This document shows, in pieces, positions 19,306 through 29,487 of a stretch of 64,000 nucleotides of DNA. Made by a program: the position numbers and the translations under genes. How positions within the stretch are numbered: position 1 is the stretch's first letter; each line of letters opens with the position of its first letter. Origin of the DNA: a virus; IMG/VR virus record IMGVR_UViG_3300008259_000014, positions 38,311 to 102,310 of that record; one strand, given 5' to 3'. The notes beneath the pieces were generated by a model that saw only the letters and a program-made list of their open reading frames with translations, searched no databases and was not told where the DNA came from.

Positions 19306-20378
19306 TTTAAGAAACCATTTCTATATACTTTTATATATTTTTCATTTGAAATTTTTTCATTTCCAGAAAAGGCGTCACTAAGCATCCATCTTAAATCTGG
19401 ATTATCAATAGCAACTTCTTTTCTACTCTTTCCTGTTTTAACTATAGATAATAAAAAGTTATAAGAGTTATCCCATTTTGATGCTTGTTTGTTAAATTCA
19501 AATGAGATATCTGTTATCTTTTGAATAACTTCTGGGTAAAACTCATCAGGAATAAAAAACTTTTTAAAATCAATTAAACCAGATATTTCGTAATCTTGCC
19601 AAATATCATGTATGTAATGATCAGAGTTTAAACTAGATATTGCTTTTGAAAGCTCAAAATACTTTAATGATTTTATTTTTAATTTAAATCCATCATCTAA
19701 GGTTACAACTATTCCTTCAAAATTGGGGTCATTATTTGCTTTTATAATTGCATAGATATCTTTTGGAGTTTTTACCAAGTATGTATTTGGCCTCTTGCAT
19801 CCGAGCAAATCTGCTAGTAGATCAGATCCTGATTGGCTTAGTTCTAAGCCAGACCCTATATTTATAGATGATAAAAGTATAAGATTGTCTTCTTTATGCC
19901 TTCTACATACTATTCGATTTGAAGGTCCCACTAGCTCAAATAGCATTGTATTGTTTTTTACAAAATTCTTGTCAGCAAAAAGATCATGCCTATCGTTCCA
20001 TATTTCTTTTGCCATCTTTGCCTGGCTAGATTCAAAAGATCCTCTTGTTGAAAAATGAACATCTCCATCTATAACAAATGAAATTATTAATGATCCATCT
20101 TCTTTTTCCTGAGCAAAGGATACCTTTCTTTCCATAAAAGAAGAGTCAACTTCTTCAATATTAAAAAACTTTGTAAAAGGAATTGCTATACACTTTTTGT
20201 TGTGAAAGACAATGCCTCTTGCCCATATATTTACATTATTCCATTTTTTATCATAAGTAACAGAATCTAAGTAATTAAACCCAACCAAATTAGGTATGGT
20301 TGGGTGAGAAAACATAACAATATTCTTCCTTTCGACTTCTATCAAGAAGTCTTCATAAGAGGGTATTTTATTTGACAT
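19302..20378 (-). CDS. RNA ligase, T4 Rnl1 family
   Basis: KFFN, EKEDGS, STRGSF, FE, EGIV, KIK. Confidence 0.88.
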   Translation of the reverse strand: MSNKIPSYEDFLIEVERKNIVMFSHPTIPNLVGFNYLDSVTYDKKWNNVNIWARGIVFHNKKCIAIPFTKFFNIEEVDSSFMERKVSFAQEKEDGSLIISFVIDGDVHFSTRGSFESSQAKMAKEIWNDRHDLFADKNFVKNNTMLFELVGPSNRIVCRRHKEDNLILLSSINIGSGLELSQSGSDLLADLLGCKRPNTYLVKTPKDIYAIIKANNDPNFEGIVVTLDDGFKLKIKSLKYFELSKAISSLNSDHYIHDIWQDYEISGLIDFKKFFIPDEFYPEVIQKITDISFEFNKQASKWDNSYNFLLSIVKTGKSRKEVAIDNPDLRWMLSDAFSGNEKISNEKYIKVYRNGFLK

Positions 20379-20379
20379 T

Positions 20380-21672
20380 TTATTCCTTTGAGTTATACTT
20401 ATTTATAAGATATCTCATATATTTTTCTCTATAATATCCGCCATATCCCATTAAGTGCATTGTCATATCTCTTTCCTTCCAGTTTACAGGATGGGAATTA
20501 AATACTGACTCAGGCAGTCTTAGGTAATCTCTATTCTCAGTTCCAAACTCTTTGCATCTATTTATTAGCATTGTTTGATCGCCTCCAAAGGCGTATACTG
20601 AGCTTTTATCTCCGGCAATTATTATATCAGAACACACTTGATTTAAGAGCTTCTTTGAAAAATCTGATTTTTTAAATATCATAAAGCCTGAATTAAAAAA
20701 ATGCTCTAATGATGGATCTTTACATACAATAAAGCTATGATCAAAATTTTTTGCTATATTTACTATAGATTTTTCTGGGTTTGTAAAGACAATATCAGAA
20801 TCAACCCATATAACAGTTTCATATTTTTTAAGTACTTCGTTTATTGCAAAAGTCTTTGACCAGTTCCCAGGCTGATTACTTAGTATTGCAAAGTTGTAAA
20901 TTTTATAAGATATTTTATGATGATCACAATAAAATTTTATTGACTCTGCAGAAAGCCTTCCTTGTGTTTTTATATTTTCTGTATACAGAGAAACAATACA
21001 CGTATCAGATCCGTAGTCTTTTTCTAGTTCAATATCCTTTGTATCAATAGATACAGGAACTTCCATATTTACATATCTAGACTCATGACTAAGATCATCG
21101 TCTCCATATGAAGCTAAAAAGAACTCTTTCATTGGAGCTATAGAACTATTAAAATAAAATAAATCACGAATAGTAAAAATTGAATATTTTATTTTTGTTG
21201 CATTTAATAGGTTTATAACGCCTTGAGAATAAGCCTGCATATCTCTTGAATTTTTCGCAGCGCATAACTCAAATGTTGTTATGGAGTTATCTATGCTTAA
21301 AATTTTTCTTAGCAGTACTTTATTTTGATCATTGTTTCTTATTGCAAGAAAATGAAGATTTAATATTTTTGAATCTTTACTTGGAGCGGATAGCACTATA
21401 TCACTTCCGCAATATGTAATATTACTAATATCGTAATCAAGGTTATTTATAGCTGTATATGGTCCGCATACAATTACCCATTCAGCTTTTGAACTGAATA
21501 AAGTAGAATATAGTGTTCCAAGCATTATTGGAATATAATCAGAATTGGAAGCTGGATAGTCAAGCTCCTGCTGAATCAATGATATATTATTTTTCTTGCA
21601 GTAGACTTTGTAAGTCTCCAGGCTTCTTTTGAAATCTTTATGATAAATGGTTATTAATTCTATATTTTGCAT
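20380..21672 (-). CDS. GT-A glycosyltransferase (GT34/MNN10-like), duplicated domain
   Basis: WSK, WVDSD, FNSG, DQ, HLMG in the C-half; degenerate N-half. Confidence 0.75.
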   Translation of the reverse strand: MQNIELITIYHKDFKRSLETYKVYCKKNNISLIQQELDYPASNSDYIPIMLGTLYSTLFSSKAEWVIVCGPYTAINNLDYDISNITYCGSDIVLSAPSKDSKILNLHFLAIRNNDQNKVLLRKILSIDNSITTFELCAAKNSRDMQAYSQGVINLLNATKIKYSIFTIRDLFYFNSSIAPMKEFFLASYGDDDLSHESRYVNMEVPVSIDTKDIELEKDYGSDTCIVSLYTENIKTQGRLSAESIKFYCDHHKISYKIYNFAILSNQPGNWSKTFAINEVLKKYETVIWVDSDIVFTNPEKSIVNIAKNFDHSFIVCKDPSLEHFFNSGFMIFKKSDFSKKLLNQVCSDIIIAGDKSSVYAFGGDQTMLINRCKEFGTENRDYLRLPESVFNSHPVNWKERDMTMHLMGYGGYYREKYMRYLINKYNSKE

Positions 21673-21685
21673 AACATATAAAATA

Positions 21686-22597
21686 TTAATTAATAGACGC
21701 TAAATCATCTTCTGTATATAAGAATCCTGACGTGTAATCTCCCCTAGTATGTAAGAATAATTTAATATCTTCATGCTTAAACAAGCCAAAAAAAGCTTTG
21801 TTTATATGTTTTTCCATATAAATAAATGGAATTATTACTGAGAAGAATTCAACCTCTTTGAGTGCATCATAGAATTCTCTCATAGCTTTGGAAAACTCAT
21901 AACACTCCTTATGTTTTTTTACATTTCCTACTTTTATATCTTCCTGCACAAATTTGTATCCATCAATCGCATAACACTCAGAGTTTCTTGAGTGCCATGG
22001 CTCATATACATCCTTTATATCAATACCAGTAGCAACAACCCAATATTCTGGATTTTCACGATCTGGAATCTCTCTTGGTGATTGTATATCATATTCAAAA
22101 TAATAATTTTCCACACCTATAGTATATTTTTCAAATTTTAATGTTTTACCATCTTTATTTAAGATATTAATAATATCGCCTTTTTTGCCCTCTCTCTTCA
22201 TCAGATCTTTAACATTTTTGTTTTTTTCTGAAAAATTTGCTTTAGATTTTTTAAAATTGGCAAGAGCATCTAAGGCAGCCTTAAAAATTACACCTTTTTC
22301 AGTAAAAAGATTTTCTGTTTTATTGTCTTTTACTGCAAGTAATATTTCTTCATGATTTTTTGCCATATCATATATATCTTTATATTTAGAGTATTTTATA
22401 AAAAAGTTTTTATATTTTCCCAAAATATATGTATAAGACCTAAGCTTAATTTTTATATTAACCTTTAGTAATTTATTTTTTAAATCTACATCTTCAAGTT
22501 CCCAAATATAAGAATCAAAGATTTCTGGTGCTAGAGTTTTTTCACCTGAAAAATCATCATCAATAACGTATGAGATTGCTTTGCTATCTGTCATCAT
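21686..22597 (-). CDS. Hypothetical protein, paralog of 22950..23864
   Basis: Shared C-terminus FxLFKHxD...YTED. Confidence 0.65.
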   Translation of the reverse strand: MMTDSKAISYVIDDDFSGEKTLAPEIFDSYIWELEDVDLKNKLLKVNIKIKLRSYTYILGKYKNFFIKYSKYKDIYDMAKNHEEILLAVKDNKTENLFTEKGVIFKAALDALANFKKSKANFSEKNKNVKDLMKREGKKGDIINILNKDGKTLKFEKYTIGVENYYFEYDIQSPREIPDRENPEYWVVATGIDIKDVYEPWHSRNSECYAIDGYKFVQEDIKVGNVKKHKECYEFSKAMREFYDALKEVEFFSVIIPFIYMEKHINKAFFGLFKHEDIKLFLHTRGDYTSGFLYTEDDLASIN

Positions 22598-22956
22598 AGC
22601 CCCTTTTTATCAAGGTAGGTATTTTCCCATTTTTTGCACAGCTTTTCTTTTTCCGTGCTTGCAACATATTCCCTCTCCCAATCAGAATCTTCCAGATTAA
22701 GAAGAATATCGTACTCTACCTCTTTGAGGTAGTTCTCGACAGAATCTACGTATTTTACAGCTTGAACTGTTAGACATTTTTGACATCTAGCTAATAATAA
22801 CTTTTGCAAAGGCTCAACTACAGCTCCATCCTCGTCAACTTTTACAAAAACCCTGCAGTTAGTTCGGCAAATTGAAACAGAAGATGGATGCAGTAACCTT
22901 GTACATTTACTGCATTTATATGTATCATTGTATGCTATACTATTTTTCACTAACAT
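22594..22956 (-). CDS. Zn-ribbon protein, paralog of 23866..24216
   Basis: NDTxxC..C..HP, CxxC, WxxEYxAS. Confidence 0.65.
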   Translation of the reverse strand: MLVKNSIAYNDTYKCSKCTRLLHPSSVSICRTNCRVFVKVDEDGAVVEPLQKLLLARCQKCLTVQAVKYVDSVENYLKEVEYDILLNLEDSDWEREYVASTEKEKLCKKWENTYLDKKGL

Positions 22957-23864
22957 GAAGAAATTTCATCCTCGGTGTAAATTGATCCCCATCCACCCTT
23001 CGTAGACATATGAACGTAAAATTTATAATCTTTATGCTTAAATAGTGCAAAATAATTATTTTTTGGAACCATTCTTGAATAAATAATTATAAGAAAACGA
23101 GAGAAAAACTCTAAATCACTTGTTAAATCATTAAATTCTCTAGAAATTTTGATGAACTCATCACACTCTTCATAGAAGTCTATTCTATTAGAATCAAATG
23201 AAACTTCACCGTAACCCATAACAGAGTAATTTTTATTCTTAATAAAGAATGAACTATTTACAGATTCTATGTTTGAGGATACTCTATATTTTGATGAATT
23301 ATCTACTTTTGAATTTGGAATAATTGCTCTTCCAAATTCATTTTCTGATATCCACAATGTATCAAAACATATAAGAGCATTTTTAATAATATCCCCATTA
23401 TAGTGTTTATATTCTGGAGCAAAATGAATTAGCTTTTGCCTAGAGGATTGTGCAATAAGTTTTTTAACTTTTTCTTCTGATTTTTTAAAAATCTCATATT
23501 CAATATTTCTTTTCTCAATCTTTTTATTGATCAAATCAAATATTGCATCTTTTCCACCAAAAACTGTGTCTAATTCATTAGACACCATCTTTTCCATAAA
23601 AGAATCAAAATTTTCGATTAGATCATGAAAACTTTTATATTTGCAAAGTTCAAAAAAAGTATCCGGTGATGTATTTACTATATCAATCATAGCTTTAGAA
23701 ACATCAAATATATCTATATTTAGAGTTTCAAAATGCGAAAGAAGATCAGATCTGTATTTATAAAAATAGGCATTAATAAATTCTGATTTTATCTTTAATT
23801 GTTTTTTACCATATCGACTATTTTCTATAAATAGATTTGGATCAATATTTTGAGAATTTTTCAT
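22950..23864 (-). CDS. Hypothetical protein, paralog of 21686..22597
   Basis: Shared C-terminal motif. Confidence 0.65.
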   Translation of the reverse strand: MKNSQNIDPNLFIENSRYGKKQLKIKSEFINAYFYKYRSDLLSHFETLNIDIFDVSKAMIDIVNTSPDTFFELCKYKSFHDLIENFDSFMEKMVSNELDTVFGGKDAIFDLINKKIEKRNIEYEIFKKSEEKVKKLIAQSSRQKLIHFAPEYKHYNGDIIKNALICFDTLWISENEFGRAIIPNSKVDNSSKYRVSSNIESVNSSFFIKNKNYSVMGYGEVSFDSNRIDFYEECDEFIKISREFNDLTSDLEFFSRFLIIIYSRMVPKNNYFALFKHKDYKFYVHMSTKGGWGSIYTEDEISSC

Positions 23865-23865
23865 T

Positions 23866-24216
23866 TTATTTCTGGTCTATTATTGTTTTGATAAATTTTT
23901 CCTTATCTACTGATGCAAGGTATTCTTTATGCCATCCATCAATATCTAAATAAAAAGTAATTATACTTTCTGCTTTCTCAAGATATTCTTGAATTGAGGA
24001 ATAGTATTCTACTACTTGAGCTTGTCCGCAAGACAAACAGGCTATAGCGAGCTTCTTTTCTATTGGAAATGAGACATGCCCTTGCTCTGTGCTCTTTAGC
24101 AAAATCCTCCTATCCCTATTGCTAGGAGAGAATACGGCTGGATGAATAACTACATCGCAGAATTTGTTAATACATCGTATTGTGTCGTTCAGCGGAGCTT
24201 GCTCTATTTTGCTCAT
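23866..24216 (-). CDS. Zn-ribbon protein, paralog of 22594..22956
   Basis: Shared Cys pattern. Confidence 0.65.
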   Translation of the reverse strand: MSKIEQAPLNDTIRCINKFCDVVIHPAVFSPSNRDRRILLKSTEQGHVSFPIEKKLAIACLSCGQAQVVEYYSSIQEYLEKAESIITFYLDIDGWHKEYLASVDKEKFIKTIIDQK

Positions 24217-24248
24217 TTCCTATGTTCGCCCTTTATTGGTTCGCGGTC

Positions 24249-24276
24249 ATTTTAACCAGGTGATTACTGGTGTCAA
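24249..24276 (-). promoter_or_regulatory. Sigma70-like promoter TTGACA-16-TAAAAT
   Basis: Consensus -35; CCTGGT before the -10. Confidence 0.7.
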
Positions 24277-24336
24277 TAAAATAAAACAGCCAGTAGTAAA
24301 AAACTACTGGCTGGATAAATAGCGCAAATATAGCCG

Positions 24337-25617
24337 CTAGTAATAGCCGACACCTGCTTTGTTTGCCTTTACCTGCTTTCCAAGATTTGACAACATTTCA
24401 TTTGCAGATTCCATTATATCATCATCTCTAATTAAAGAGATATCTTCTGCATAATTTGATTTTGAAAATGCTTTGTTTGCTGCATTTAAAAAGATACCTT
24501 TCACAAAGGCCATAGAGTGGCCTATTACCATTTTTGCAACCTTTTTTGTGCAATCTTCAGTAACAGAATCATTGTTGCAGAGCTTGATTAAATACTCAGA
24601 AATTGTATCTTCAGTTGGACAATCAAATGGTATTCTCATATCAAATCTTCCAGGCCTTAGTAAGACTTCTGGATCTAATTTTTTCGGATCATTTGCTGTT
24701 GCAATTAATATAGAATTTGTTCTTTGTGTTACGCCGTCAAGACAGTTTAATATTGCAGACAGAGAAACTTGTGTTTTAAAACTCTCTTCCTTTGAAAAGT
24801 ATCTGTCAATATCTTCTAGCAATAGAATTCTTATATTTTTTGCTGTCGTGATATTTTTATCAATCCTTGGTGGAGCACTTTCTTCAAAAGAAATTGGAAT
24901 TTCTGGAACAGCATATGAGTATGGAGGCTTTCTTGTCTCCAAATCTCCTAGCATCCATCTAGAAAATTCATTATCTGGATCTTCATATTTTCCAGAAAAT
25001 GAAAATGATTCTACAGGTCTATTGTAGTACTTTGATATAGCTCTAATTACAGAAGTCTTTCCATTTCCTGGTGGACCATAAAGTAAATATGATCTAGCAT
25101 AGGGAAGATCTCTAAGTGTGAACCAGTTTTTTGACCTTGAAAAAAACAACACATCTTTCCTCATGGATTCTGTTTTTTCATTCCAAATAACAGAATTCAG
25201 GTTGCTCTCATCAAGAATTGGTTTTTCTTTTATTTTAATAGCATTGATAAAGTTATCAAATAAAGAAATATTATTCTTGTCTATAACAAAACCATAGTAT
25301 GCAGAGTATACAATGCAATTAGTTTTTGGAATTTTGTAAGTATTATTACATTTTCTTTTTACAAAACTGCCGTCCTTAGAGATAGAAATAACATTGTCAG
25401 GAAGATACTCTTCCATATTTGAAACAATTTCTGATCTTAAATTAAATGAATAATCATAGATATCTTTTATAATTTCAATAATAACTAAATCATCAAAGTT
25501 AGAATTAGAGAATATTTTTTCTACATAAGATCTATCCTGCCTTAGCTGATCTACGGCATTTGCATCCATTATATTACTAACTATTGAATAGTTATATTTT
25601 GTAGCAATATTTAGCAT
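24337..25617 (-). CDS. AAA+ ATPase (BCS1-like)
   Basis: YLLYGPPGNGKTS, LLLEDID, LDG, LLRPGRFD. Confidence 0.88.
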   Translation of the reverse strand: MLNIATKYNYSIVSNIMDANAVDQLRQDRSYVEKIFSNSNFDDLVIIEIIKDIYDYSFNLRSEIVSNMEEYLPDNVISISKDGSFVKRKCNNTYKIPKTNCIVYSAYYGFVIDKNNISLFDNFINAIKIKEKPILDESNLNSVIWNEKTESMRKDVLFFSRSKNWFTLRDLPYARSYLLYGPPGNGKTSVIRAISKYYNRPVESFSFSGKYEDPDNEFSRWMLGDLETRKPPYSYAVPEIPISFEESAPPRIDKNITTAKNIRILLLEDIDRYFSKEESFKTQVSLSAILNCLDGVTQRTNSILIATANDPKKLDPEVLLRPGRFDMRIPFDCPTEDTISEYLIKLCNNDSVTEDCTKKVAKMVIGHSMAFVKGIFLNAANKAFSKSNYAEDISLIRDDDIMESANEMLSNLGKQVKANKAGVGYY

Positions 25618-25618
25618 C

Positions 25619-25912
25619 TCATGACTCCTTTAATATACCAAGCGCTTTTGTTTGAGCTGAAAATTTATAGTCACAATATTTATTATTACAGTCTTTATAT
25701 TTTGGTACATATTTTTCAGCTTCCTCTTTTGTCTTAAATAATTTGCATACAGTCCACCCAACTTTCGATGATTCTCTTCCATATGAGGCCCACCTAAATG
25801 GGTCGCTTTCTGATTGCGGATCTTCCGAATAATCATTTCCAACTATATCTGTATTATTTTCAACTTTAAATAAGGATAGAGTATTTGTCGGGGATTTTAA
25901 AACATATATCAT
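25619..25912 (-). CDS. Hypothetical protein
   Basis: Coupled ORF. Confidence 0.55.
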   Translation of the reverse strand: MIYVLKSPTNTLSLFKVENNTDIVGNDYSEDPQSESDPFRWASYGRESSKVGWTVCKLFKTKEEAEKYVPKYKDCNNKYCDYKFSAQTKALGILKES

Positions 25913-26298
25913 TTTACACCATTAGCACTCAATTTATCTTGAACCTCTAAGTAAAGTTTATATAAATGAACAAATTTATCTTGAGACAATAAAAATTCTA
26001 CATTCTCTATTTTTATAAGTTCTGCATTAATCTCTTCCATCTTTCCATATAGAAAATACTTTCCCCGCGTTAAATTTGAATAAAGTTTGTAATAGACCCT
26101 AATTTGCTTATTTGTTACTTTATAACCAGTTAAAACTCCAGTTGCTAAATATTTATGCCTAATACCAGCAATAGTTACAAAGCAGTCACCAATGTCTATT
26201 TCTCTTCCAAAGAAATCTTTTAATAAGAAATTAGCTTTTTTCGTTGAAAAATCCTCTATTAGATCTTCGTCGAGTTCGTCATCAATATCTAGACTCAT
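25909..26298 (-). CDS. Hypothetical protein
   Basis: KDFFGREIDIGD pattern common in phage small proteins. Confidence 0.6.
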   Translation of the reverse strand: MSLDIDDELDEDLIEDFSTKKANFLLKDFFGREIDIGDCFVTIAGIRHKYLATGVLTGYKVTNKQIRVYYKLYSNLTRGKYFLYGKMEEINAELIKIENVEFLLSQDKFVHLYKLYLEVQDKLSANGVK

Positions 26299-26318
26299 TT
26301 AATCTCCATATTATTTTA

Positions 26319-27635
26319 TTAAATATTTGTATAGCTAGATGGATTAATAAACAATCCATATAACTTTAATTTTGCAGAATTAGAAAGTCTGCTATTTTCG
26401 CTGCAAATTTTTTCCAAAAAATCTTTCAAATGAGACTCTCTGAAATCTTGACTCCTAAAGACTTCTTTTACCATTTCATAGGCATCATGCTGACCTTCTG
26501 CTTTTAAACAGATCTGAATAGCTTCGGCAATAATTGATGGATTATCTCTAATGTCTTTTTCAATCGCAATTAAATTTGCGCTTACTTTTGACAAGCCCTT
26601 CTTTAAGGAAGAAAAGGCAACCAAAGAGTGGCCGAATGGAATACCTACATTTCTCATTACAGTTGTGTCTGTAAGATCTCTTTGCATTCTTGATATTTGC
26701 AGCTTTCTACTCATAAACTCAAAAATAGAATTTGCAAATTCCAAATTACCCTCTGCATTCTCAAAATTTATTGGATTTATCTTCTGAGGCATTGTTGAAG
26801 ATCCAATTTCATTTTTTAAAGTCTCCATTTTCAAATATCCATAAGAATTATACATCCACATATCTCTTGAGAAATCTATAAGGATATTATTTATGTTGGC
26901 ACATATAGAGAACATTAATGCAAGCCAGTCATTACCGTCCACTTGTGTGGTAAGCTTGTGTCTTTGTATTTTATACATACCTACAAAGGTATCCATAAAA
27001 CTATCCCAATCTTCATCAGGATATGCAAAATAGTGCGCCGATAGGTTTCCTACCGCTCCTCCAAATTTTGCATAAATTTTATTATCAGAAAGAATTTTCA
27101 ACTGATTATCAAGCCTGTATGAATAAACTAGAAGTTCTTTCTTAAAAGATGTAACTACGGCTGGCTGTCCATGTGTTCTTGCCATCATAGGCAGGTCAAA
27201 CTTTTCATTTGCAATTTTTTCAATTAGATTTTTTAATGATTTAATTTCATTAATATAGCTTGGAATAAAACTTTCCATTGTAATGGATGTGGCAAGGCTG
27301 TTAATATCTTGGCTTGTTAAGCCAAAATGCAATAGAAATAAATACTTCTCATCTACAGCTTTACTAAGCTTTTCCTTTAGAGCATACTCTATGGCCTTAA
27401 TATCGTGATTCGTTTCCTTCTCAATTTTCTTTGCCAAAAGAACATCTGATTCTTCTATTTTTAAATCACAAATGACATCATTATCATACTTTATGTTAAA
27501 TTTATTAAGCAATGAAATAAAATAATCAAGCTCAATTTGTAACTTTAGATAAGTTAAGGATTCATCTGTAAAGAATGATTTTATCCACTTTGTATCTTCT
27601 GAGTATCTAGAATCTAATGGAGACAATGTATTCAT
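26319..27635 (-). CDS. purB: Adenylosuccinate lyase
   Basis: LSPLDSRY, TNHDIKA, HFGLTSQD, RTHGQPA, GSSTMPQKINP. Confidence 0.95.
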   Translation of the reverse strand: MNTLSPLDSRYSEDTKWIKSFFTDESLTYLKLQIELDYFISLLNKFNIKYDNDVICDLKIEESDVLLAKKIEKETNHDIKAIEYALKEKLSKAVDEKYLFLLHFGLTSQDINSLATSITMESFIPSYINEIKSLKNLIEKIANEKFDLPMMARTHGQPAVVTSFKKELLVYSYRLDNQLKILSDNKIYAKFGGAVGNLSAHYFAYPDEDWDSFMDTFVGMYKIQRHKLTTQVDGNDWLALMFSICANINNILIDFSRDMWMYNSYGYLKMETLKNEIGSSTMPQKINPINFENAEGNLEFANSIFEFMSRKLQISRMQRDLTDTTVMRNVGIPFGHSLVAFSSLKKGLSKVSANLIAIEKDIRDNPSIIAEAIQICLKAEGQHDAYEMVKEVFRSQDFRESHLKDFLEKICSENSRLSNSAKLKLYGLFINPSSYTNI

Positions 27636-27636
27636 A

Positions 27637-27984
27637 TCAATCCTCTTTTTTAAATTTTGTCCTCCATATTTTTATATCTTCTAATATGGAGGTATTTTCT
27701 CGCCTATAATTACCTAAATGTCCAAAAAATAAATGACAATTTACGCCATATTTTTTAGACTCACATAGTGCTACAAGATTTGATAAATCCAATTCTAAAG
27801 ATGGATCTAAGTGAAAAGGCTTTATATGATGAACTTCTAGGCTATCTTTTCCGCCGCAAAATGCGCAAGTTGGATTTTCTTCCAGAAAAGACTTCCTTAC
27901 TGCTGGCCACTTACTTGATCTTTTATGCTTCCAGTCGTATTTATTATCAATTAATGATTCTTTTATTTTTTTTACAATAGCCAT
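27637..27984 (-). CDS. Small HNH endonuclease
   Basis: CAFCG, EVHHI, NLVALC, CH. Confidence 0.8.
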   Translation of the reverse strand: MAIVKKIKESLIDNKYDWKHKRSSKWPAVRKSFLEENPTCAFCGGKDSLEVHHIKPFHLDPSLELDLSNLVALCESKKYGVNCHLFFGHLGNYRRENTSILEDIKIWRTKFKKED

Positions 27985-28034
27985 ACTTAGGGCATTATAA
28001 TTAATATATTGCTACTAATATTATAAAGTTAACT

Positions 28035-28730
28035 ATGGATTCAGAAAAAAAAGAAACAATAAATAAGATTTTATCTATATTTGAGACAGGCAGAGTGCCA
28101 ACTACAGCGGCATATTCAACATGCTCGATACTTAGTGATGGGGCCGGCATTTCATATGGAAAACATCAATCAACTGATAAGTCTGGCACACTTGATCTTA
28201 TCTTTAACGCGTATTGCAAAGCTGGAGGAAAATACTCAGAACAGCTAAAGCCATACTCTACATACATTAGAGATAGCGCCTCTGCAAAATATAGCTCAAC
28301 AAAATCATCACCAGACTGGTGCAAAAAGCTAATAGAGCTTTTAAAGCTTGCTGGAACTGACCCTGTTATGCAACAGATTCAAGATGACATATTCGATTCT
28401 CATTACTGGAATCCTGCATTTGAACATTACAAAAAATGCGGACTACAAACAGCAATAGGTATGCTTGTACTTTACGATACAAGCATACATAGTGGAAGCG
28501 GAAATGTAAATATAATAAGAGGTAAATTCCCAGAAGTCCCACCTTCAATGGGTGGGAGTGAGCAAGCATGGATTAAAGCCTATGTTGCTGCAAGAAAGAA
28601 ATGGCTATTATCATCTCCAAATCCACTTGTTAGAAAAACAATATATAGAATGGAAGAATTTGAAAAGATAATGGCAAACAATAATTGGGATCTTACATCT
28701 CCGTTCTATGTTAGAGGTATAAAAATATAG
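28035..28730 (+). CDS. Lysozyme-fold glycosidase (GH46 chitosanase-like), putative endolysin
   Basis: FETG, DGAGISYG..Q.T, YDTSIHSG. Confidence 0.7.
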   Translation: MDSEKKETINKILSIFETGRVPTTAAYSTCSILSDGAGISYGKHQSTDKSGTLDLIFNAYCKAGGKYSEQLKPYSTYIRDSASAKYSSTKSSPDWCKKLIELLKLAGTDPVMQQIQDDIFDSHYWNPAFEHYKKCGLQTAIGMLVLYDTSIHSGSGNVNIIRGKFPEVPPSMGGSEQAWIKAYVAARKKWLLSSPNPLVRKTIYRMEEFEKIMANNNWDLTSPFYVRGIKI

Positions 28731-28810
28731 CCGTCTGCAAACTGACGCTGTTCTGCTTTGCTTGCAATAAAAAAGGGGAAACAGCAAAAAACCTTTACCG
28801 GCTAATTTTA

Positions 28811-29476
28811 TTATACTATAATGTCTGCAATTCCTAGCTTAACAGCCTCTTCTGCTGATAAATAAATATTTACTTTTTTATTTATCATTGACTTAAGCTT
28901 CTTTTCGGTCATGCTTGTTTCAGCAGACAATGCCCTAATATAGGCGCTCTGCATGAATTTGATCTCTTCCATTTCATTCTCAATATCATGGATTGATCCC
29001 TGACTTCCAGCCATAACAGAGTGAATCATTACTCTGCAATTAGCTCCAATCTTTCTTTTACCTTTTGTTCCACTTGCCAATAGCAGAACACCTGCTGACA
29101 TAACTTTTCCTAATCCAAAAGTTACAATATCACACTTCTCTCTAACAACTCGCATTACATCGTAAAGGGCAAACATATCATCTGCATTTCCGCCAGGGGT
29201 AGAAACCAACATTTCGATTGGCCTGATTTTTCTATCAGCTTCTGGTAGCTCTACAGTATCTTTTTCTGCGTTTAATGCTGAGGGCTCCGACATATCAATT
29301 AAGGCACCAATTAGTTGCGATACCTTACCCTCCTCAATCTCTCCATATAGACCAAGAAGTCTAAGCTCCTCATCTCTTGGCAGAATTACTCCGCCGCCAG
29401 AATCTGGTGATGAATCTTCATCACCCTCTTCGTCATGGCCATGATCATCAACTTTTACACCTTTCTTTAATTTCAT
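28811..29476 (-). CDS. clpP: ClpP-like serine protease
   Basis: STPGG, GKVMSAG, RVMIH, LSAEEAVKLGIAD. Confidence 0.85.
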   Translation of the reverse strand: MKLKKGVKVDDHGHDEEGDEDSSPDSGGGVILPRDEELRLLGLYGEIEEGKVSQLIGALIDMSEPSALNAEKDTVELPEADRKIRPIEMLVSTPGGNADDMFALYDVMRVVREKCDIVTFGLGKVMSAGVLLLASGTKGKRKIGANCRVMIHSVMAGSQGSIHDIENEMEEIKFMQSAYIRALSAETSMTEKKLKSMINKKVNIYLSAEEAVKLGIADIIV

Positions 29477-29487
29477 CTTTACTCCAA

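Noticed and set aside
24473-25027. Many short + strand ORFs in the track
   Set aside because: Fully antisense to well-supported minus-strand genes
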